A stretch of 64,000 nt of DNA from NCBI RefSeq assembly GCF_009914755.1, contig NC_060925.1. One strand, given 5' to 3'. Made by a program: the position numbers and the translations under genes. The DNA is from the human T2T-CHM13v2.0 reference genome, Homo sapiens. Numbering within the stretch: position 1 is the first letter of the stretch; the number at the start of each line of letters is the position of its first letter. The notes beneath the pieces were generated by a model. It did no database searches, was not told where the DNA came from, and worked only from the letters and a program-made list of their open reading frames with translations. Shown in pieces: positions 1-12,672 of this stretch.

Positions 1-12
1 GGGTTTGACGAA

Positions 13-1236
13 TTGGCAGAAGTAGGCTTCAGAAGGAGGGCAATAACAAACTCCTCCAAGCTAAAGAAGCATGTTCTAACCCAATGCAAGGAAGCTAAGA
101 ACCTTAAAAAAAGGTTAGAGAAATTGCTAACTAGAATAACCAGTTCAGAGAAGAACATAAATGACCTGATGGAGCTGAAAAACACAGCACGAGAACTTCA
201 TGAAGCATACACAACTATCAGTAGCCGAATCGATCAAGTGGAAGAAAGATTATCAGAAATGAATGATCAACTTAATGAAATAAAGTGTGAAGACAAGATT
301 AGAGAAAAAAGAATGAAAAGGAATGAACAAAGCCTCCAAGAAATATGGGACTATGTGAAAAGACCAAACCTACCTTTGGTTGGTGTACCTGAAAGTGATG
401 GGGAGAGTGGAACCAAATTCAGAGCCGAATTCTACCAGAGGTACAAAGAAGAGCTGGTACCATTCCTTCTAAAAATATTCCAAACACTAGAAAAAGAAGG
501 ACTCCTCCCTAACACATTTTATGAGGCCTGCATCATCCTGATACCAAAACCTGGCAGAGACACAACAAAAAAAGAAAATTTCAGGCCAATGTCCCTGATG
601 AACATTGATGCAAAAATCCTTAATAAAATACTGGCAAACCAAATCCAGCAGCACATCAAAAAGCTTATCCACCATGACCAAGTCGGCTTCAGCCCTGGGA
701 TACAAGGCTGGTTCAGCATATGCAAATCAGTAAACATAATCCATCACATAAACAGAACCAATGACAAAAACCACATGATTATCTCAATAGATGCAGAAAA
801 GGCCTTTGATAAAATTCAACACCCCTTCATGCTAAAAACTCTCAATAAACTAGGTATTGATGGAATGTATCTCAAAATAGTAAGAGCTATTTATGACAAA
901 CCCATAGCCAATATCATACTGAATGGGCAAAAGGTGGAAGCATTGCCTTTGAAAACCAGCACAAGACAAGGATGCCCTCTCTCACCACTCCTATTCAACA
1001 TAGTATTGGAAGCTCTGGCCAGGGCAATCAGGCAAGAGAAAGAAATAAAGGATATTCAAATAGGAAGACAGGAAGTCAAATTGTCTCTGTTTGCAGATGA
1101 CATGATTGTATATTTAGAAAACCCCATCGTCTCAGGCCCAAATCTCCTTAAGCTGATAAGCAACTTCAGCAAAGTCTCAGGATACAAAATCAATGTGCAA
1201 AAATCACAAGCATTCCTACACACCAATAATAGATGA
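13..1236 (+). pseudogene. Chimeric L1 ORF1(N-terminal part)-ORF2(RT) reading frame created by internal deletion
   Basis: Translation switches from ORF1 (…[27 protein letters not shown]) to ORF2 ([13 protein letters not shown]…LFADDM…) at 416/417; stop at 1234-1236. Confidence 0.9.
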
Positions 1237-2208
1237 ACAGCCAAATCATGAGTGAACTCCATTCACAATTGCTACAAAGAGAATTAAATACCTAGGAATA
1301 CAACTTACAAGGGATGTGAAGGACCTCTTCAAGGAGAACTACAAACCACTGCCCAAGGTAATAAGAGAGGACACAAACAAATGGAAAAACATTCCATGCT
1401 CATGGATAGGAAGAATCCATATCATGAATATGGCCATAATGCCCAAAGTAATTTATAGATTCAGTGCTATCCCCATCAAGCTACCATTGACTTTCTTCAC
1501 AGAATTAGAAAAAACTACTTTAAATTTCATATGGAACCCAAAAAGAGCCTGTATAGCAAAGACAATCCTAAGCAAAAAGAACAAAGCTGGAGGCATCACG
1601 CTACCTGACTTCAAACTATACTACAAGGCTACAGTAACCAAAACAGCATGGTACTGGTACCAAAACAGAGATATAGGTCAGTGGAACAGAACAGAGCCCT
1701 CAGAAATAACACCACACATTTACAACCACCTGATCTTTGACAAACCTGACAAAAACAAGAAATGGGGAAAGGATTTCCTATTTAATAAATGGTTTTGGGA
1801 AAACTGGCTAGCCATATGCAGAAAACTGAAACTGGACCACTTCCTTATACAAAAATTAACTCAAGATGAATTAAAGACTTAAACGTAAGACCTAAAACCA
1901 TAAAAACCCTAGAACAAAACCTAGGCAATACCATTCAGGACATAGGCATGGGCAAAGACTTCATGACTAAAACAACAAATGCAATGGCAACAAAAGCCAA
2001 AATTGACAAATGGGATCTCATTAAACTAAAGAGCTTCTGCACAGCAAAGGAAACTATCATCAGAGTGAACAGGCAAACTACAGAATGGGAGAAAATTTTT
2101 GCAATCTATTCATCTGACAAATAACTAATATCCAGAATACACAAGGGACTTAAGCAAATTTACAAGAAAAAACAAACAATCCCATCAAAAACTGGGCGGA
2201 GGATATGA

Positions 2209-2522
<314 letters not shown>

Positions 2523-4119
2523 CAGACACTTCTGAAAAGAAGACATTTATGCGCCCAACAAACATATGGAAAAAAAGCTCATTATCACTGGTCATTAGAG
2601 AAATGCAAATCAAAACCACAATGAGATACCATCTTATGCCAATTAGAATGACAATCATTAAAATGTCAGGAAACAACAGATGCTGGAAAGGATGTGGAGA
2701 AATAGGAACTGTTTTACACTGTTGGTGGGAGTGTAAATTAGTTCAACCATTGTGGAAGACAGTGTGGCAATTCCTCAAGGATCTAGAACCAGAAATACCG
2801 TTTGACCCAGCAATCCCATCACTGGGTATATACCCAAAGATTTATAAATCATTCTGCTATAAAGACACATGCACATGTATGTGTATTGCAGCACTGTTCG
2901 CAATAGCAAAGACTTGGAACCAACACAAATGCCCATCAATGACAGACTGGATAAAGAAAATGTGGCACATAAACACCATGAAATACTATGCAGCCATAAA
3001 AAAGGAGGAGTTCATGTCCTTTGCAGGGATATTCATGAAGCTGGAAGCCATCATTCTCAGCAAACTAACAAAGGAACAGAAAACCAAACACCACATGTTC
3101 TCACTCATAAGTGGGTGTTGAAAAATGAGAACACATGTACACAGGGAGGGGAAGGCCACATACCAGGACCTGTCGGGGGTGGTGGCCTAGGGGAGGGATA
3201 GCATTAGGAGAAATACCTAATGTACATGACGGGTTGATGGGTGCGGCAAACAACCATACCTCGTGTATACCTATGTAACAAACCTGCACCTTCAGCACAT
3301 GTATCCCAGAACTTAAAGTAAGGTAAAATAGTGTACCTGAATCAAAAAAAAAAAAAAAAGAAAAAAAAAGAAAAGAAAAGAAAAGAAAGAATAGTATCTT
3401 CATCAAGGAGAACTAGAAAAGATAGCAAAACCTAGATACCAAATCCCAAGGGAACAGAAGGCCTTAGAAATGACAAGAAGTTGGATGAGATGAAGCACCT
3501 GGAATTGTTGTTGTTGTTGTTGTGTGGCTTTTTATGTGCTTGATTTGTTTGAAAGAGCAGGCTGCATTTAAAGGACTTATTTTTCAAGATTGTATGCTCT
3601 ACCAAGAAAACAGACATGTACACAATGAATTTAAGACGCACTATAAAAAAATGTCATTTTAGAGATGCAATAGGGCAAGGATAAAAAGCAAAAAAAACCC
3701 AGCTCAAAAAGAGAGAAAGAGGATGAGTTAGCGAGAGTGTTCCAAAGAAAGTTACACTGTTTCTTGTAACCTTTCAAACCATCCTTTGAAGAATCAAATA
3801 TGAGAGACCTCGAGAGATCATCTGACTTACACTTCTGCCTTCAGGGGCCTGGTTATCCCCATTTTATAGATAACATTGCTGAGGTGCAAAGAAGCACAGG
3901 AAATGGTGTTGGAGTGAAAATGATACAAAGGTCTTTCTGCTTCTTGGTACTGTTTCCTTCAAGACGGGATAAATAAGGAGAAAATACAAATTTTAAAATC
4001 ATAATTGTTAGATCCCTTGTCTCAGCTAAAGTATAATTTGAGGGTGACAGAAAAGACAAATAAAAATGAGATAAACAGATAGAAATGTATTTCTGTGTTG
4101 TATAAAAGAAATTTAGAGA

Positions 4120-4500
4120 TACTTGTAGACAAATGTTTGTATTTCACAATACCTAAAATGTGGAAACAACCCAAACGTCCAACAAATTAATGGATGATCA
4201 AAAGGTGGTATATTTATACCATGGAATATTATTCAGCCATAAAAAATGAACAAAGTACTGATATGTGATATAATGTGGATGAGCCTCAAAAACATGCTAA
4301 CTAAAAGAAAACAAACTCAAATGGTCACATATCATAAAATTCTGTTTGTATGAAATGTCTATCATTGGCAAATCCATAGAGACCCTGGAATTGAACAGAG
4401 GTGACATCTGTACAGTATAGTACATACATTAAATGCACTGGATTGTGCACTTTGAAATGGTTAATGGTTAATTTTATGTTATGTAAATTTTACCTCAATT
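4120..4500 (+). mobile_element. Old L1 (L1MB-like) 3' fragment inserted in a decayed MLT1-like LTR (~4015-4690)
   Basis: 'ggaaacaacccaaacgtcc…aattttacctcaatt' L1M 3' end; degenerate TSD aaaagaaatttagag / aaaagaaatccagag. Confidence 0.75.
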
Positions 4501-5890
4501 AAAAGAAATCCAGAGGTGAGAAATCAGAACTGACAGGCAGCTTTCTGAAAACGTTGGGGCAGGGGGCATCCAGGCTCTTTCTGTCTCGAAATTCTGCCAT
4601 CAACAGGTTTTAGCTTCTACCTCATGGTCCAAAATGGCTGCTCAGACTCTAAGAATAGCAATTGCATTTCAGCCATCAGGGAGGAAAAAATAACAACATG
4701 GGGAATGAGGGAAGGATTCTGAAGAAGTGCCGTAAAAATTGAGATTTTGAAGAATGTGAGGGAATTAGCCAAGGGAAGAACGGCAAGGAAGAGCTTCCCA
4801 GAAAAAGAAGTGAGAGGGTGCAGGTCTCAGTTCTGAGAGGGTGGTGGGTGGAGGAACCAAGAGAAGCCCAGCAGGGCTGGCACATGGGGAGTGAGGGGAA
4901 GAGGTAGGCATGGACTGGATGACCCAGCCAGCAATAGACCCTGTCTGGCTCTGAAAATCTATTACATTTCCTCTCACCATCTTAGTTCTTGGTCATTTTT
5001 ACCACACTATACTTCTGAGCCTTAAGGAAATTGATTCAATTAAAAAAAAAACTGAATGAGAAAAGAGTTTGGAGATGGCCTTTGGTATGCATAAAAGCAC
5101 ACATTTTATCTTCCAGGCAAGTACATTTTGAAGTTATTTACCTCTCAAAGACAGCTGCCAAGGACCCTATGATTCAAGGGTTCTCTCCTGCCTCCTGACA
5201 GCGTGTTTTACTGCTGCCCTTCCAGAGGTCTTCTGCACTGTCTCCCTCTTTCAATGACCTCATTCTCAGTGCCAGTGAGAGCCAAGGTAAATCGTGCAGA
5301 CTTACAATCAGGGCCAGCAGCTGAGATGTGAACTGGCCATTTGTCTCCCCAGGACCCAGGGGAATGGCATTTGGTAGAATGAGGAGGAGGAAGCTACTGC
5401 CTTAGGTCACCCATGCCCACTACTCTTTTTGTTTTGGCTTTGACAGGATCTTTAATTTTATGTGCCGGGGGCACAGCTGGGGCTAGCCTGCCCTGGCTGA
5501 ACCTTGTAGGGCTGAGGAGAGAAAGCAAGGACTTGCTGAGCTCATCTGGGGCTCTAGGACACTTTGGCATGCCCTGAAGATGTCACAGTTTGTTGTGATG
5601 ACCAAGAATGGCTGAGCTGGAGGACTGGAGTCTTGGATAGGTAATAAGATTTTCCCAAGGGCAGACATTGAGGTTTGAGGTACCCTGGTCAGCTCAAGAG
5701 TTGCAGGTGATATCATTAAATGTTTTTTTGTACTAACCCAAGAGAACTCCCTCCAAATTGCTGGATTTTCACCAGAAAATTTGAAGACAGAGGATTAAAG
5801 AAGAAATAAGCATACAAAAATCAATAGAGGATGAAGACTCTATTGGGGCTATGTATAAGACAGTGTTTTCCAGTGAGCTCTCATCTGAGA

Positions 5891-6140
5891 ATAATAGCTT
5901 CTACCAGTTGATTGCTAACCATGTGTTTAATCCTAAGTGCATTATATGTTTAAATTCATTTTGTCATTGGCACAATACTGTAAAGTATTATGATTGTCTC
6001 CATTTCACCAGTTGGAAACTAAGGCTTAACAGGTGATGGGACTTGCCCAAAGTCACCCAGCTATTAAGAGATGGAACCAATATCAAAACCCAGTTATGTA
6101 TATCCTCAAGGTCCATGTTCTTAGTCAATATCCTTTACTA
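5891..6140 (-). mobile_element. MIR SINE
   Basis: Reverse MIR core 'ggaaactaaggctt…acttgcccaaagtcacccagcta'. Confidence 0.8.
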
Positions 6141-6369
6141 TTTCCCTTTAAACTCTACTAACCAGCATTCCTCTCTTCAGGTAGACATAAAATCATTTTT
6201 CATAGTGCTGGAAGAGATTTGAAGAACTCACCAAATTCCCATTTGATTAAAAATAGAAACAGGGTAGCTGAAGACCTGCGATGAAGGTTGTCAATTGACA
6301 GAAGGTCAAGGAGAAGCACAGCCTTCTACCTCCTGCCACCTCACAGTGGTCTGCAAAGCTCCTGATATA

Positions 6370-6800
6370 GGCTGGGTAGTTTCCATTCACTCCTGCAAAT
6401 TCACTCTCCAGCCTCAGTCTCTGTGGGGCCCAGTAGCCTACCACCCATACACCACATCAACTTTCTGGATTCCAGTCCAATTTGGCATAGGGAAGGCATC
6501 CTCAAGAGAGCTGAAGGCAAGAGAGAGAGAGGTTAGGGTCTGTATTCCCTGGTCTCCTTGTGTGGGGCCACAGGTTCTCAGTGGCCATGTTCCTCTAACA
6601 AAGGCCTTGACTCCCATCAGGCAGTCCTCTGCCAAATCGCCAGCATAGCTCTTGTGCTCTCTAAGGGCTCTGCTACCCGCCCCTGGTACTTCACCATCCT
6701 GTGTTTATTTCCCTTAATTCCATCCATACGTTTGTTAATAGTCCCTTCATCAAACTCTTCTCAGTAACCTCATTTGAGTGGGATGCTTCCTGTTAGGACA
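6370..6800 (+). mobile_element. LTR33-like ERVL solo LTR
   Basis: 3' end 'ttaatagtcccttcatcaaactcttctc…tttgagtg…ttcctgttaggaca' resembles LTR33; similar element at 52800-53290. Confidence 0.55.
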
Positions 6801-9006
6801 CAGGGTAATTCAATACTAGAGTTTTAGGTGTGGAAGGGATGTCACAGTCTTCTACTCCTGTGGTTTCCAAACATTTTATTTTTACCTGCATAAATCTGGT
6901 AAGAACCTCAGTTATGAAACCAACAAAGTTCTGGAAGGCTGTGGAACCCTGCCTGCCTAGAATTTCACCCAAAACACCCCTCTTCCCTGACTCCCCCAAA
7001 CTCCTCTGTGAAACCCAAGGATTTAGAGCAAATGCTCCAAAACCGGCTGACCTAATTCAAACCCCTCACTGTATATGAGGGGAGGAGGCAGTTGGCAAAG
7101 TTTCCAAAGTGTCCTTTGTTGGCCTGAGTGGGTCTGATTTATGCCCTAGGCCTTCATCAACAGTTTGCCTCAATATCTTCCAAAGTGTAAAGTCCCGTAA
7201 ATCTTCCCTGAGAGCAACAACTCGACCGCCAGTTCATGTTATACAAACACACAGAAATGTCATTAAGGCAACAAACAGCTCTGCTGGCCCCGGCAGAGGC
7301 CTTTTCTGCCAGGCTCAAGTTACTTAAAATCAATATTTGAACAAGGACAAAACCACATGTTTTCAAAACCAAATTAGAAGGGTCTAATACCAGGCCTGGA
7401 GATGTGGTTACATCACGCGCATTCCAGCTGGCCCCTTGGGCCTCTGCCGTTGGGCCTGATCAGCCTGCCCAAGCTCCTACCCCCTGATACAGTCACTGGA
7501 CTTACTTGTCCTGAGCATCTGACCTCACCAGACAGGTGACACTGAGGAAGAGAATAAGCAAGAAATAGGAACTTTCACAGAGCCAAGCACAGGACCTGAG
7601 TTTACAAACCAAAGCAAGTTAGCTGTGTTCACTCATTCAATCCTGTCATTTATTCCAAACCTGCATGAGACTCTACACTAAGATCTGGGCATCCAAAAGT
7701 GTACCAACTCATGACACTCTGCTCTCAGGGGATTTGCAGTATAGTGTGGAAGGCAGAGAACGCAACGGGACATTTCAATGCAGTAAGACAAGTGCCAGTG
7801 TTTCAGGTAAGTTCAGGGAGCTGTGTAGGCACAGGGCAGGGACAGGTAACCAGGGCCTGATTGAGGAACTGTCCGAGAATGTTTCCCATAGCAGATATGC
7901 CCAAAGGAACTCTGTCTAACCTACTATTCTGGCTTTGCTATATGTCAGGCCTGGTGGAGGAAAGGGTGGATGAGAAGAGAGAAAACCTCTGCCTTCTCCC
8001 AGAAGGACCAGGTGTGTGAAAAAGACTTTTAGCTTCTACCTGGGAAGAGCACCTGATCTGATTGGTGAATTGGGATGAGAGCTGAAGCATGCCCAGCTCA
8101 GCATCTCTGCCCACTCTCTTTTCAGAGCCAGCCGGTCCAGAGAACCCCCAACACTGTCATCCCCACCACCCATCGTCTGCTTGAGTAAAGGTGGCCGTGA
8201 GTACAGGCTCCATGGCATAAGCCTCTGGCATGGCCCATTCTCAAACAAAATTCTCTCTGAGCCACATCAGGCTCTTCAGGTTCAGCATTCAATGACTCAG
8301 CAATGGAGTCATCATCTTTCTTAGGACAGTATTCCGGGCCTTCAGGATCCTGCAGGTGACTGCCACCTGTCTGTGCTCTTCACTTGCCCAGTTCCACTGT
8401 GTTTCAGGACACGTCTTCCCTGATGAGTCAGTGAGCTCTCTTCTGTCTCCATGCCTGCACACACATCAGTCCCTAAGCTGGAAATGCCTTCCCCCATCCA
8501 CAGCATGAACCCATGGTCTCTTTTAAGACTCAGTATAAGTGTCCCTTTCCCCGGGATGCTGTCCCTGGTTTTCCTCCACTTTCCCCAGGCAAAATGTACA
8601 TGTTCTATCCTCCATGCTCATTTAGAATTTAGCTATTAAAGTATTTGACCCTTTGATATGGAACTGCTTATTTACTTGCCTGTCTCTCATGGGTGTAAGA
8701 ATTGTATTTTGTTCACCCACTTGTTTCTTCAATCACTCATTTCATTAAACTAACTTTGATTGAGCTCTACTCTAGGCCAGGTACTGGACTCTGGAGGTAC
8801 ACAAAGAAAAAGATCATGATCTCACCTTCAAAGGATTTCTTGTCTAATAGAAAAAATTAAGACGCATTTCTCTCCCACAAAATAGAGAATACACGAAAGG
8901 AATCTACCTAGAGGAGTGAGATGGGCTTTCACAGAAGAAGATTTCATTTCAGCTTAGTGGTGAAGGGAAGGTAGAATTTAGCCAAGCAGATTCTTAAAAT
9001 TGTAAA

Positions 9007-9015
9007 AGAAAAACA

Positions 9016-9105
<90 letters not shown>

Positions 9106-9302
9106 AGGAAAGAAAGAAAGAAAGAAAGAGAAGGAGAGAGGGAGGCAGGAAGGGAGGGAGGGTAAGGGGGGGAGAGAGAGAGAGAAAGAGAAAGAAGGAA
9201 AGAGAGAAAGAGAAAGAAGGAAAGAAAGAAAGAAAGAAAGAAAAGAAAGAGAAAGAAGAGAGAAGAGAAGAGAAGAGAAGAGAAGAGAAGAGAAAAGAAA
9301 AG
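9007..9302 (+). repeat. Compound purine microsatellite (GAAA)n/(GGGA)n/(GAGAA)n
   Basis: Seen directly: about 295 bp almost entirely A/G. Confidence 0.98.
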
Positions 9303-9860
9303 ACCTAGGCAGAATTAAATAGCAGCCATGACCCAGAAGCCTGAAATAGTCCATCTTATTTAGGAACTTGCAAGTGTGTAGTTCAATATGGTTGTGGAAG
9401 CAAATGCAGGGAAGTGGGACAGAGCAGGTCAAGTACGGTGGGAGGAGAACAAGGAGAAGCCATAAGCAAGGACTAGGCCTAAGCTGGGTCACGGAGGGTG
9501 AGCCAGGTTGTGTGCATGCCACGTTAGGGAGCCTGTACTTTCTTCAGTCAGTTGTTGAAGGCTTTCAGGGTCCTAGCTAGATCTGTGAGCTAGGAAGATC
9601 ATTTGCCTCTGTTTCCCCAGTGCCAATAAGACTAAAAGTTTTATAAACATTTGATGCTGAATCTGAACATTATCACCTGTCCCAAGACACTGCAATTTTC
9701 AAGAGGCCAGGCCACTCTGCCATGGTGGGGAGCAGTCACCTTCCTCGGGTGGGATCAGAACTACAGGCAGTCCTTGCCTTTAACAACTTGAATTCCATTC
9801 AAAGTGCTGCTTAATTAACACCCAATCCTCAGTTCTCACTATGATTACCTAGACCATACA

Positions 9861-10215
9861 TGTATTAGTCAGTTTTCATGCTGCTGATAAAGACATACCT
9901 GAGACTGGGTAATTTATACAGAAAAGAAGGGTTTATTGGACTTATAGTTCCACGTGGCTGGGGAAGCCTCATAATCATGGTGGAAGGCAAGAAAGAGCAA
10001 GTCACATCTTACATGGATGGAAGCAGGCAAAGAGAGAGCTTGTGCAGGGAAACTTTGCCTCATAAAGCCATCAGATCTCATGAGACCTATTCACTATCAC
10101 TAGAACAGCACGGGAAAGACCTGCCCCCATGATTCAATTACCTCCCACAGGTCCCTCCCACAACATGTGGGAGTTCAAGATGATATTTGGGTGGGAACAC
10201 AGCCAAATCATATCA
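9861..10215 (-). mobile_element. THE1 (MaLR) solo LTR
   Basis: tgtattagtc…agccaaatcatatca termini; 5-bp TSD ataca/atata. Confidence 0.92.
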
Positions 10216-10384
10216 ATATATTACCCAAATAAGGACAGGCACAGCAGACACCCTTTCTTACCCTTTTACCCTCTCCCTCTGCTCATCAATCAGCACCTGA
10301 AATTTCCATGTATTCATCTCCCAAATCATCCCTTTCCTCAGCATCAGGCTGTTTCTGTCAGATGTTAGTCTTCTGTGATAGGCA

Positions 10385-10432
10385 GAGTATCAGAGTTCCC
10401 CAGAGAAATAACAGGGTATATATGTGTATATT

Positions 10433-10463
<31 letters not shown>

Positions 10464-11020
10464 ATACATGTGTGTGTGTGTGTCTGTGTGTGTATAGAGA
10501 GTGAGAGAGGAGAGAGAGAGAATTTTTTTAAACTTTTATTTTAGGTTTGGGGGTACAAGTGAAGGTTTGTTACTTAGAAAAGAGATTTTGTATAAGGTAT
10601 TAGCTCACACAATTATGGAGGTGAAGAAATCCCACCATCTGCCATCTGTAAGCTGGAGACTCTGGCAAGCTGGTGGTATATAGTTTGAAGACCCCAGAAC
10701 CTTAGAGCCAAGGGTGTAGATTCCAAGTCTGAAGGCCTGAGAACTAGGAGCATCAAGGGCAGGAGAACACCAGTGTTCAGCTCAGTCAGTCAGACAGAAG
10801 GCAAATTCTACCTTCTTCTACTTTTTTGTTCTATTCAGGCCCTCAATAGATTGGATGACTCCCACTCACTTTGGGGAGGGCTGTCTGCTTTACTCATTCC
10901 ATAAATTCAAATGCTAATTTCCTCGGAGACATCCACAGAGACACAACCAGAAATAATGCGTAACCAGCTATTTGGGCATCTCTTGGCCCAGTCAGATTGA
11001 CACATAAAAGTAACCATCCC
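10385..11020 (-). mobile_element. MLT2 (ERVL) LTR with internal (TG)n/(GA)n tract and a tiny L1 insert
   Basis: End 'gtcagattgacacataaaagtaaccatccca' is the reverse of the MLT2 5' end; 'ctcacacaattatggagg' motif. Confidence 0.85.
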
Positions 11021-11970
11021 AGGCAGCTTCTGAAATGGTTCCCAGTGACCCTTTGTGTTAGTTTACTAGAGTTGTCACAACAGAGTCCCACAGGAATTGA
11101 GTGGCTTCCGCAATAGAAATTGATTGCCTCATAGCCTGGAGGCCAGAAATCCAAAATCAAGGTGTTGACCTTCTGAGGTCTGTGAGGGACAATCTGTTTC
11201 AGGCCTCTCCCCATGGCTTGTAGATGGCTGTCTTACTGTTTATATGTATGCATTGTTCTCCTTGTATGCAGGTCTGTCTCTAAATTTTCCCTTTTGGTAA
11301 GGATACCAGTCATATTGGACTAGGGCCCACCCTAGTGACCTTGTTTTAACTTGATTACCTCTGCAAAGACCATATGTCCAAATAAGGTTACATTCTGAGC
11401 TATTGAGGTTTAGGACTTCAACATATGAATTTAGAGAATTAGGCACAAAGTTCAAACCACAATATCCCTCTCGTATTTCTGCTCGTGTATAAATCCCCCT
11501 CCCTTGAGTGTGGGCTGGACTAATAGACTTGCTTCTAAAGAATAGAATATGGCAAAAATGAGGAAATGTTACCTCCAACATTAGGTTATAAAAGAATATG
11601 ACTTCCATCTTGTTAGCATGCTCTCTCTCTCTCTCTCTGGTTCTTCTCACTAGTTCTGTTTCAAGGAATATATCACATTATGAGCTGCTCTCAGGCCACA
11701 TGAGAGCACCTAGCCACATGACAATAAGATGGCCTCCAGCCAATAGTCAACAAGCAACTGAACCCTCCAACCATGTGAGCTTGGAAGGCTCTTCTCTTCA
11801 AGTTGAGCCTTGAGATGACCGCTGCCCCAGCCAACTCTTGACTGTAGACTGTGACAGACCCTGACAGATCCAGCTAAGCCACCCATTGATAAGCCAGGCC
11901 TGGAGGAATGTTGTTGTTTCAGTCCACTAAATTTGGGGTGATTTGTTATGCAGCAATAGACAACTGATAT
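11021..11970 (+). mobile_element. MLT1E/F-like LTR split by the nested MLT1
   Basis: 'atccccctcccttgagtgtgggctggac…ttatgcagcaatagacaactgatata'. Confidence 0.75.
11054..11463 (-). mobile_element. MLT1C/D-like LTR nested in an older MLT1
   Basis: 'ggaggccagaaatccaaaatcaaggtgttg…ggacttcaacatatgaattt' MLT1 motifs. Confidence 0.8.
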
Positions 11971-12424
11971 ATTCTCCATCACCTCAGACCCAGCTTCTCT
12001 CTCTCTCTGCCTCCACCCTGCACCCTTTGTAACCTCTTTATGCCTTACAAATTTCCCCAATTAAAAACTTGTTGTAGTTCCCCACTGCTCTCAGGATAAA
12101 GAGCAGTCCCCATCTTCATCTTCAGCTTTGAAAGGCAAGACAATTTGCTTTGAAGAAGACAAAATTGGGTTCAAATTATGGCTCTGCTATTTACTATTAG
12201 TGTGACTTCTGTGCTCTATTCCTTGTCTGTAAAATAGGGATACTAATTTCTTATTGAACAAATACTTATTGAAAGCAGGCTATCTACAGGATTATGCTAG
12301 GTGCAAAGGATGCAATAATTAATAAGAAATAGTCTCTACCTTCAAAGAACAGAAACAAACAGTTTAATTTATAACTACCATAGAGTGTATTATGTGCTAT
12401 GACAAAGAAAATAAAACAGACTAA

Positions 12425-12655
12425 GAATAGTTAATGTGTACTGAATTCTTACTGTACAAATACTTTAGATGTATTTATGATGTAATCACCACAGCTGTCC
12501 TATGAGGTACTGTTAACTCCATCTTTCAGATGAACAAACCGAAGCTGAGAAAAGTTAACCAACTTGCTCAAAGTCACACAAATAGTAAGTTGGGAGACTA
12601 GATTCAAACTCTGGTTTATATCACTCCAGAGCTCTCACTTTTTTTCTAATATGCT
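12425..12655 (-). mobile_element. MIR SINE
   Basis: 'cctatgaggtac…cagatgaacaaaccgaagct…aacttgctcaaagtcacac'. Confidence 0.8.
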
Positions 12656-12672
12656 ATGCCGTCTGTGATTGA

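Noticed and set aside
8944-9522. 192-aa Phe/Leu/Ser-rich ORF resembling a membrane protein
   Set aside because: It is the translation of the (TTTC)n microsatellite strand; the same applies to ORFs at 29505-29855 and 33801-34146.
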